Source: Octopus vulgaris (taxonomy: Eukaryota). Taken from it: a stretch of DNA of 64,000 nucleotides. Shown piece after piece: positions 53,180 to 64,000 of the stretch. Within the stretch, counting starts at the first letter, position 1; the number at the start of each line of letters is the position of its first letter. The stretch lies in assembly GCA_951406725.2 (NCBI GenBank), contig OX597829.1, positions 57,102,001 to 57,166,000 of the forward strand, in the 5' to 3' direction. The notes beneath the pieces were generated by a model, which was given only the letters and a program-made list of their open reading frames with translations, did no database searches and was not told the DNA's origin. The position numbers and the translations under genes are program-made.

Positions 53180-53660
53180 ATGTCAGGTCACTTTTGAGTG
53201 CTACTGATAACATGTAACCCAGTACAACCTGTTGCATGGTCGGGTCGTCGGCGACTAAACCGGCAATCCCACCAAGCTTGCTTGGTGAGGAGGGTGTTTA
53301 TTGGACACCCTGCTGGATGAAAAACAAAACCCGTCAAAGGGCGGAGGAACTCTTGAGAGACAACGGCCATCCAATAAATGCCTTAAGGCTGTATCATGCG
53401 CGGGGACATAGAAATAATCGGACTGAATACCCGATCGCGCAGTTAAACCATTGGGAGTGAAGGACTCCTAGCCTTTGTTAGGGCATCCTTCTAGGAGAAG
53501 GTAACTAAGGTAACTGGAATAACTCTGACATAAAACCTGCGGCTCAGTGGTTACCGATGATGTTGACTTGTTCTTCTTTTCGGATTATGGCTGCTGTTGC
53601 TTAGTGAGTGGGATTGACTCAGTGCACAACCTTTCCTCACTTCAAAAAAAATCTTCTTGC
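53180..53660 (+). mobile_element. Structured RTE-like 5' leader fragment
   Basis: GGGCATCCTTCTAGGAGAAGGTAACT...TAAAACC resembles RTE leaders as I recall them; several perfect or near-perfect hairpins. Confidence 0.45.
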
Positions 53661-53734
53661 ACAGGCATTGCACGATAACAACATTGATTAAGCTTCGTGC
53701 AATGGCCATACTCGATAAAGAGGGGGCAGCCACC

Positions 53735-54480
53735 ATGTATAGGGAGCAGTTTGTGGATAAATTTGACAATTTCCATAAAAGGAAAAGAAAACGCAACATC
53801 TCATTCAAAAATATATTATTTTTAGGAAATCAAAAAAATATTAACAAAATTATGGCTGGGAGTCAAACAGTTTCCTTGATATAGCCTTCCTCAGCCCCCT
53901 ATGGCCTCAAGACAGCTGCAGAACCTAGTACAAGCGTTTCTCAATGAATCCCTAGAAATACCTCGAAGCACTTTTCTGATCTAGGCCATCCGTACAGCGT
54001 TGGTGTTGTAGGTTGGTTTTCTCTCCAGCTGCTCCCCACACATAGTAATCCCAGCGATTACAATCGAAGCTCTTGGCAGACCAGAAATTTGGGCTGGTGA
54101 AGTTGTAGAAATTCTGCGGCAGCGAATTCCGTCTCTTTCCTCTTGTCACACATATGGCCCACCAACATCAATTATTTCCAGCCAGGATTCGATCAGTCTC
54201 CAGCAGCTTCACATAGCCATCTGAATTGAGCCTATGACTCTCTCCAAAGATGTGAAGGAGTGTGATGTTACTCACACCAGAGACACACCCAAACACCTTC
54301 ACAGTTTGGAGGAACTTGGTTTTCATGACGTCCATGTCATGTTTTACAGCCTTTCCAATGTTCGCCCAGTCCTCCATGTCAGCTAATTTTTTCTCAACTA
54401 CAACCTTAACCATTATGTTCTCCAATGCCATTGACTGTTCACCAATACATCAAGTTGCTCCTGACAAAAAGGAAACAAAA
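53735..54480 (-). pseudogene. Tc1/mariner-superfamily transposase remnant (catalytic C-terminal half)
   Basis: KTKFLQTVKVFGCVS...HIFGESHRLNSDGYVKLLET; NFWSAKSFDCNRWDYYVWGAA; RNACTRFCSCLEA. Confidence 0.8.
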
Positions 54481-54914
54481 GAAAAACTCGAAAACCGTGA
54501 ATATATATATATTTGAATTTAGCGCGGCTTATCGACGGTTTCCTATTCTCATTTACTATTACAAAGCAAACTATCTATTTAGCCCTGAGTAATCGGTAGA
54601 TACTTCTGAAGGGAAACAAAACCTTATTGGGTAAATTTCGAAATCACATGGTAAAGCATTATCCAGTTATTTCTTTTGTGAGTCCATCTCACAAAGGAAA
54701 GATCGTTTTAGTTTGCTGCGCTCGGGGTAATTTACTCCAGTTAACCGACCCCTGTGTTAAGTAAACAGTATTAACTATGGAATAAAATCAAGATGTTATC
54801 TAAAATATTATTCTGCAAATCTTAATAGGGTTATTTGAGAAGAAAAGAATGTAAATATAAAAACACCTCACCTTTCTCTTTTTATCTTTACATTTTCTGT
54901 CGTTGACCATCTTC

Positions 54915-55341
54915 TATTTACTCTTTACTCTTTACTCTTTTACTTGTTTTAGTCATTGACTGCGGCCATGCTGGAGCACCGCCTTTAGTCGAGCAAATCA
55001 ACCCCAGGACTCATTCTTTGTAAGCCTAGTACTTATTCTATCGGTCTACTTTGCCTAACTACTAAGTTACAGGGACAAACAATACACCAGCATCGGTTGT
55101 CAAGCGATGTTGGGTGACAAACACAGACACACAAACATGCGCGCGCGCGCACACACATACGCACACAAACACAACACACACATGTACGACAGGCTTCTTT
55201 CAGTTTCTGTCTACTAAATCCACTCACAAGGCTATGGTTGGCCTGAGGATATAGTAGAAGACACTTGCCCAAGGTGGCACGCAGTGGGACTGAACCCGAA
55301 ACCATGTGGTTGGTAAGCAAGCTACTTACCACACAGCCACT
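54915..55341 (-). mobile_element. Full-length CORE-type SINE
   Basis: Reverse complement of 56646-57031. Confidence 0.9.
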
Positions 55342-55394
55342 GAGAATGTGTGTGTGTATGTGTGTGTGTGTATGTGTGTGTGTGTCTGTTTGTC

Positions 55395-55660
55395 TGTCTG
55401 TGTGAATCCCTAAAAATCAAGAACTACTCAACCGATTTCATTCAAATTTTACACATTTGCCTTACTTAGGGTCCATGTAGTGTCATAGGCCCAAAACATT
55501 TTCAACTTCATGCCTAAGTGCGAGCTCAGAGCAATCTCTTATTTCTTCTACTATGTCAGTATTACGTCAAAAGTGAAACAATAACATCTCTTGATTATAA
55601 TGTCAGATACTTTCGTATAATAGTTTCACTGTTAATACTGAAACTATTAAAGTGATACTA
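55395..55660 (+). mobile_element. Possible non-autonomous Helitron-like 5' fragment
   Basis: (GTCT)n followed by AACTACTCAACCGATTTCATTCAAATTTTACACA, a layout typical of HINE/Helitron-like repeats. Confidence 0.4.
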
Positions 55661-55670
55661 TTATCTCACA

Positions 55671-56625
<955 letters not shown>

Positions 56626-56645
56626 ATATTATATATATATTATAT

Positions 56646-57030
56646 GTGGCTGTGTGGTAAGTAGCTTGCTAACCAACCACATGGTTCCGGATTCAGTCCC
56701 ACTGCGTGGCATCTTGGGCAAGTGTCTTCTGCTATAGCCCCGGGCCGACCAAAGCCTTGTGAGTGGATTTGGTAGACGGAAACTGAAAGAAGCCTGTCAT
56801 ATATATGTATATATATTTATGTGTGTGTGTTTGTGCTTGTCCCCTTAGTATTGCTTGACAACCGATGCTGGTGTGTTTACGTCCCCGTCACTTAGCGGTT
56901 CCGCAAAAGAGACCTATAGAATAAGTACTGGGCTTACAAAGAATAAGTCCAGGGGTCGATTTGCTCGACTAAAGGCGGTGCTCCAGCATGGCCGCAGTCA
57001 AATGACTGAAACAAGTAAAAGAGTAAAAGA

Positions 57031-57031
<1 letters not shown>
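56646..57031 (+). mobile_element. Full-length CORE-type SINE
   Basis: GTGGCTGTGTGGTAAGTAGCTTGC...GAAACAAGTAAAAGAGTAAAAGAG. Confidence 0.9.
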
Positions 57032-57091
<60 letters not shown>

Positions 57092-57093
<2 letters not shown>

Positions 57094-57752
57094 CTGTAAA
57101 TTAATATGTTTCCATTATACAATAGTCAAGATAAAACTCTGACTTTCAGATGCCGAAGTGGAAATCCACAGCACCATCTCTTCGGTTATCTGGCTATCTG
57201 AAAAACGCTATGAAAAAATACCGTTATATAAAGGGAAATTACTCTGTTATAATTCCGCTACTTATATAAATTAAGATTAAATGTTCATAGTAAACACTTA
57301 AACATGGCTACTCATACGCTCACATGTGCGCTCGCGGACCCACGTTCGTACTAATACGTCACTATGAAAACGTACACATCTTCACCCGCATTTATCGCCA
57401 AATGTATACGCATACATATACGTTTTCATAATGACGTATTAGTACGCACATAGATCCGCGAGCGCACATGTGAGCGTATGTTTAAGAGTTTACTATGAAC
57501 ATTTAATCTTAATTTATATAAGTAGCGGAATTATAACACAGTAATTTCCCCTTTATATAACGGTATTTTTTCATAGCGTTTTTCAGATAGCCAGATAACC
57601 GAAGAGATGTTGTGGATTTCCACTTCGGCATCTGAAACTCAGAGTTTTATCTTGACTACCGAGTAATGTAACATATTGTATAGATAAATTTCCTCTATTT
57701 ACATAATATTGAGGTCTCTTTCTTTCTTTTGTTATCTTACCGTTTTTACCAA
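57092..57752 (+). mobile_element. Penelope-like foldback element inside (TA)n with U4C hammerhead (57593-57652)
   Basis: ~250-bp arms 57123-57374 / 57419-57658; AGATAA-CCGAAGA-GATG...CATC-T-GAAA-CTC-A-GAG-TT-TTATCT. Confidence 0.8.
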
Positions 57753-57796
57753 TATATATATATATATTGCGTATATATATATTACGTATATATACA

Positions 57797-57832
<36 letters not shown>

Positions 57833-57874
57833 TACGTATATATATATACATACGTACGTACGTACGTACATACA

Positions 57875-57906
<32 letters not shown>

Positions 57907-58054
57907 CATACATACATACATACATACATACATACATACACATATATATATATATGTGTGTGTGTGTATGTATGTATGTATTATGTATGTATGTATGTAT
58001 GTATGTATGTATGTATGTATGTATGTATGTATGTATGTATGTATGTATATATAC

Positions 58055-58098
<44 letters not shown>

Positions 58099-58102
<4 letters not shown>

Positions 58103-58266
58103 CGCATGGCTCATTGGTTAGAGCGTTGAACTTACGATCGTGAGGCTGTGAGTTCGAATTCTGGACAGGGCTGCGTGTAGTGTTCTTGAGCAAGTCACTT
58201 TATTTCACGTTGCGGCGTCACAGGTGCCAAACTGTATCGGCCTTTGCCTTTCCCTTGGATAACATC
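58099..58266 (+). mobile_element. tRNA-headed CORE-type SINE (family of 1-425)
   Basis: AAGGCGCATGGCTCATTGGTTAGAGCG...GAGTTCGAATTC...CTTGAGCAAGTCACTTTATTTCAC. Confidence 0.85.
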
Positions 58267-58285
58267 TGCACATATGTATATATAT

Positions 58286-58338
<53 letters not shown>

Positions 58339-59559
58339 TGTATATATATATGTATGTAATATATATACATACATATGATCGTAAGACACAGACACATTCA
58401 TACCTGTTTCCATAGTGACAAACTAAACATAAAAATAACACTTGTTGACAAATACATTCTGCTGGTCGAGAGATGTGCTAAAAATAACAGCCAAATAGGC
58501 CTTAAATCACGCACCCCACAAAGAAAGATCAGAAATGCAAACAAAAAAATAATAATAATAATAATAATATCTAGTTCAAACGAGAGAGGATCAGGAAAAA
58601 CTGTCTCATGATATGAAATTAAGGAAACTCGACAAAATAAAACTAAAAATCTAAAATATCAACATGAAATATCATCTGTAGCTTCTTCCCGATCTGCTGG
58701 AGTGGTTCTTTTCTTGATAAATTTACTCACCCAGAAGTTAAAGAGAAGAAACTATTAGAACCAGACATTACTCATTTTACCCCGTTTTAGACATCACCAG
58801 ACATTAGTGTGGGGCGGGGTGGGGGTGGAATTGACTTGGAAATCCAACTAAGATTGTTAAACAGCCAAAATTATCCAGATATTCTATTGGCAACCTTAAT
58901 TAGAAACAGGTCAAAGTTGGGGGATAATTTCTTAAAATAAGAGGAATTGCAAACCTGGTTATGTTTCAAACTCTCCCATCTTCAATAACAACAACAACAA
59001 CAATGCTGACCAATTCCTGCTCCTGAATATAATGCAGCAATACAAAATGACGATGCGATGGAATGGTTTCAGACAGGGAGGGAGAAAATAACGAGAAATC
59101 AGAAATTCTGCTCCGGTTACCAATTCTACCCCTCCCATTCCAATGTGTGTGTGTGTATGTGTCTTATAAATTAATACGTTGTGCTTAGTTGAAGATAGTG
59201 GCGAGGATAGGGAGGAGAAAGTGGTGAGGGGGAGAAAATGGAGAGAGAGAGAGAAAGAGAGCGAAAGGTGGTCAGCGGTGGGAACTTAGAGAAAAGAATT
59301 GTGATATTGTATGACGATGAATAGTTGAGAGAAGAAGTAGAGAGAAAGAGAATATTTACCGCAGGAGGGATGTATATTTCAAAGTAAAAAGAGAAAGGAG
59401 AATGAGAGAGAGAGAGAGAATATGCTTACTGAAGGGAACCTGCGAAAAGTGTTATTCTTTTGTTTTTCTTCCTTTTTAAACATTTTTTTTTTATATCTCC
59501 CATCAATTAACGCATGCACTTTAGTAAATTAGCTATCGTCTGCTCAGTCTTGTAAAATA

Positions 59560-60990
59560 CTAGCAGAGATACCCGGCGTTGCCCGTGTCATATGGAATTG
59601 AAGACTTAGACTTTTCTTTTATATTTTCTCTAATGAACTTCAATATCTATGATTCCAATTTCATCAAAATTGCAGATGAAGAATTTTAATGAGAGTTCTT
59701 TCCCAATTTACACACCCACCCACCAAAAATGTGTCGTGATTAGAATTTACACACCCACCAAAAAATTCTAATCACGACACATTTTCCCATACTACTCATC
59801 TTTATGCCAAGATTCCAAAATTCAAATCTTATGGAACCTATTGAAAGGCTTTTCCTCCTGAAAGATGGAGCTCATGGATCTCTAAACTGTGGGAGTTAAG
59901 GCCCCTATTGCGGGCAGGGGGTATCTTAAAGTCAACCAGAGAAGTTGAATTGGAATCTTTTTAACTTGGGTCTTATATCTATTGTTCGAATTTCTTTGAA
60001 ATAGGAAATTTATGTTTACTGGGTTTGTAAAAGAGAGCAAAGCTACAGGAAACCAAAAGACAAATGATCACAATAAGCAGTCAGCTACCTTACCCTAGTT
60101 GTTACCACTCCCAATGTAGGATTCCTCACCATACAGGTGGCGGGCACAACCATAAGATGCATTACGGATCTATAGCAATTGGAAGGGCGTGACCCAACTC
60201 AAATAAACATTAACAACTGTGTGACGTGAGGGCTAAGGAGAAATGAAAGTGTCACCTCTAGAGTTTGCCAATGATCACTATGCTGATAGGTAACTGGACA
60301 GAATAAATTTACAATCTATAAATCTCTTTGAATAACCAGTCACTCATCTGGGAAGGTCTTGATATCATTGTTACCATCTGGGGACTATCTCTGATAATAA
60401 AATGACTCAAAGGCGGTCTGCAACCAAATAACTATACTCAGCACTTTGCAACTGAATCAGTGGAGGCAAAGATACTCCTCCTTTACTTGACAATTTATGC
60501 ACCACATTGCAGAAATCGCAATCTAAGTATGTCTCAAAGCAAAGTCTTACACTGTTGTACCATTGAATTACAAATAACACTCATCTTTTATGCTCGGGTA
60601 ACCATACAGCTTCCAAATGTACAATTATATTCGTCTTGGTCCAGGAAAAATGACTAAATTGTGGGTGGTAAGCCCCTATAAAGGGGTGTTATCAACTTCT
60701 AAGAATTTGAAATTTTAGAAATATTACTTAATTTGTGTTTAATATTTATGGTTAAAATTTCATCAACAGCAAAAATATATAAAGATCCATTCGGTACTTT
60801 TGATCTAGTTTTGGATCATAAAAGATGGCTAAAATTTGGGAGTTAAGGCCCCCATTAGGGGTCTTAGAATCCTCATGAGAACCGAAAACTTTGGGAATAC
60901 TTCGTGTGTCAATTACCTATGGTTGAAATTTCATCAACATCGGAAATTTGTGAATTTTCATTTCCTCCCCCTTTAAGCCACTTAAAATTC
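59560..60990 (-). mobile_element. Helitron-like non-autonomous element with internal subrepeats
   Basis: Minus-strand end CGGGCAACGCCGGG-TATCTCTG-CTAG|T; recurring AATTTCATCAA and GGGAGTTAAGGCCCC blocks (near 59890 and 60840). Confidence 0.5.
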
Positions 60991-61256
60991 AAACTGTATA
61001 TTGAAATGAAATATATTTATTAGGGAAACACCTTTACAGGAACAATCAGAGAACACCTTATAAATCCTTGGCTACCAATCGGTAAAACTTCTATAAGAAA
61101 ATCAAACTGCCCTATTAAGAAAAAGGGACTGCCCCCCGGCTACCAATCAGAGAATCATATGTAAAGAAACGTGGACTGCACCAGGAAAATAAATGCAATA
61201 ATATTAACATCGAAAAATACCTTAGGAATGAGAACCCATGTTCGAAATTTCCTCAA

Positions 61257-61302
61257 GACACCTGATGAAGGCTGGAGGGTATAACAGCCGAAACGTTGTG
61301 TT
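61257..61302 (+). ncRNA. Canonical minimal type I hammerhead
   Basis: GACAC-CTGATGA-A-GGCTG-GAGGGTATAA-CAGCC-GAAA-CG-TT-GTGTT. Confidence 0.8.
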
Positions 61303-61814
61303 AACAACAAACAAGATGAGGACAAATATCAAATGTAAATAATGCTAGTAATGCCTTTGAACTCTTGAAGGAGACATGATTGGAATGATATCAACATCTA
61401 TGATGTTCTTTTTCAGAGAATTAATGCAATTCTGAGGTGGGGTATTTTGGGTACATATGAATGTCATTTAGGTGTGGAACGGTAGGGGAGAATGAAGAGT
61501 TGTGTGTTGTGTAAGAGACGAGGAAGAGGTGTTGACAGAAGCACCTCTCAACATCGTTTCAGTCTGACTTTAAGGTAACTAATGGTTAACGTCAAACTGC
61601 CAACTTAAATATTGCTCGTTGAGCATCCAACTCCACAAGTTGAATTCCGCTCAATAAATATCTTCTTTCAACCCATCTGTCTCATCTCCATTCACACACG
61701 TTAACCAAGCGTGAAACTAACTCCGTTCAAGATCACTGATCCTGATACTTTGCAAATACCGTCAAACAATGCTCACAGATCTTGTTCCTTGACTCTGTAG
61801 ACTCTTCAGTTTCT

Positions 61815-62560
61815 AAGCTGGCAGTTTTACCACGAGATTCACATGCCAAACAAGGTCGAATGATTTACTGATGTCAGTGCTGCAATGTAGCTTTCAATAT
61901 ATTTCTTGGGGGCAAGAGACTAACAATGAATGACTCAGGTGAGTTGGGCTTTAGTAGACTTAGCTTTATGAAAGCCAAACAGGCGGCCATTAAAAAGAGA
62001 GTAATTTGAAGCGTTAAAGTTGACCTTGAGATAACCTTGAGATGTTCGAAGTGTTTGGGCGGCAATTGGCATGATTGGGTAGTTTGTTTATATTTAGAAT
62101 AAGATATAGTGTAGCGAAACAAGTGTCCAAAGATTCCTTCACAGAATGATTCAAGAGTTTGTGAAGTTTAGGAATTGGTTTGAGGGTAACGGAAAGAACA
62201 TAGCCAGGGCCGATGACCTCGTTGGTTTGTGGTGACAGGAATTAGTTTCTTCTTTGGTGAATGCGTATGAATGGGTGTGAGAGAATATGTTTTTAGGGGC
62301 GCTTACTTGGTGTGTACATTGTAGAGTGAGTTGTAAAGTGAACATCAAATATGGAGGCTTCCTTCTTCTCGACAGTACAGCTAATAAAGCAGTTATGGTT
62401 GACTAGTGGAGGGGATGGGGCGGGGTCGAATTCTGTGAAGTTAATAAATATCATTTTGTCAAGGAACTTAACAAGATCGATAGTAAGTGGAGAGGCGGAA
62501 GTGCAGGTAGGTATCCCTCCCTTTCATTTCTGCCCCAGACTACGAATATTATTTTGTTGA
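61815..62560 (-). pseudogene. Decayed Jockey/CR1-like LINE RT fragment
   Basis: DISKSFDLVWHVNLVVKLPA (cf. DISKAFDRVWH) and LFGFHKAKST. Confidence 0.65.
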
Positions 62561-62887
62561 ACGGAATAATGCCAGTTTTATTGAACCCGTCGTTTGAGTG
62601 ATACTTTATTTTATTGATCAGGGAAACCTGATTGATAAAGGACAAGCGACGACGTCGATGGTTGCAGTTGTAGTGGTGGTAGTGGTGGTGATGGTGGAGG
62701 CGATGATTGTGTTATGATGGCGGTGGCAACGGCGGCGGCCGGCTGTGGTAGAGGTGGAAATGATGATGATGATGATGATGGTGGCGGTGGTGATTTTGGT
62801 ATTGTGGCGGCAGCGACAGTGATGATAATGATGGTGTTTGTATTGGTGATGATCCTCCTCCTCCTCTTCATCATTATCATCACCACC

Positions 62888-62919
<32 letters not shown>

Positions 62920-63441
62920 TAATTTTTGCATTAATACAATACAATGTAAAAACGGGAACCGCCGCCGCAGCCGTCGATACCATCACCACTACAACCACCA
63001 CCACCATCACCAACAACAACAACAACCCCACCACCACCACCACCAACAACAACAACAACCCCACCACCACCAACAACAACAACAACAAAGGAGATACTGG
63101 TAACGTATATGTTTACGAGTTCGACATATTTGATGTAATCGAAGAATTTTGTTGCAGCATCTTCCACACATTAATTTGTCACCAAAAGTTATAAATAAAT
63201 TATGGACCATGAGAACTCGCAGAAAATGATACAGCTGATGTTACAGAAACGGAGTTCCAAATTTGGTTGTCTTTGATACTTTTTGCCATTTTCTTTCCTT
63301 TTTTCTCCTGTTTGTTTTTTTAAGTATTTATTTATTTGTTTCGATATATTTTGATATGAAATATTCACTACGGAGAACGGAATAACGCTTAAAAAAAAAC
63401 GAGAGATGATCGGATGTATATATATATATACACATATATAT

Positions 63442-63480
<39 letters not shown>

Positions 63481-63896
63481 TATTCATAAGTACATAGAAA
63501 AAGAGAGTGGGTGAGAGGGGGAAAGAGAAGAGAAAGAGTGAGAAGATCGATAGAAGAAAAACGAAGATGTCTGTTGGCGAAGGTGTCCCGCGCCCTTCTG
63601 CTTCGCTTCACCGCTCAACCACCGCCAATAACATGGAGGGAAAGAAACAAACAATAATGATATTTATAATAACAACATCAAAAGATGCGGAGGTGGGGGG
63701 GGGGTAAATGAAGTAAGTTAAGGAAATGTGCGCGTGGACGGAGGTGATAGGAGGGGGTTGCTTAAGGCATAAAGGTTCTACATGATTTATTGGGTAGATT
63801 GGAAGGATAGGTAGGTAGGTAGGTAGGTAGGTAAAAAGGTGGGTAAATAGATAAATTAATAAATACATACATAGACAGACAGACAGACAGACAGAC

Positions 63897-63958
<62 letters not shown>

Positions 63959-64000
63959 GCTAGTAGGTAGGTAGGTAGATAGATAGGCAGACAGACATAC

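Noticed and set aside
58099-58175. tRNA gene
   Set aside because: A/B boxes are present but there is no acceptor stem, and the sequence continues into a SINE body also seen at 1-425.
62611-63210. Low-complexity ORFs as a host-gene exon
   Set aside because: Mixed trinucleotide repeats (GGT/GAT/CAC/CAA) open in several frames, with no domain signal.

Overview
AT-rich, microsatellite-saturated eukaryotic DNA with no intact protein-coding gene that I can support. The repeat repertoire looks like an octopod/cephalopod genome; this is an inference from recalled SINE families. The window is a mosaic of tRNA-headed CORE-type and Nin-type SINEs, decayed LINEs (RTE, L1/Tx1, R4/Dong-like, Jockey/CR1-like), Tc1/mariner and pogo/Tigger remnants, and Helitron-like ends. 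The most notable signal is about ten short non-coding elements carrying minimal type I hammerhead-ribozyme folds. Four of them share one layout: (TA)n - inverted copy - direct copy - unique tail - TA-rich flank, as in Penelope-like pseudo-LTRs. Their catalytic cores vary: canonical CUGAUGA/CUGACGA, U4C (CCGAUGA/CCGAAGA), and one family with an apparent compensatory G3-C8 swap (GUGAACA). Other observations include an ORF1-only L1/Tx1-like element sharing its 3' tail with a SINE, a 39-nt templated patch inside a SINE, and a CpG-density switch near 21.6 kb that suggests a minus-strand host gene. Most short ORFs in the supplied track are microsatellite translations. Boundaries were read by eye and are approximate unless exact motifs are quoted.
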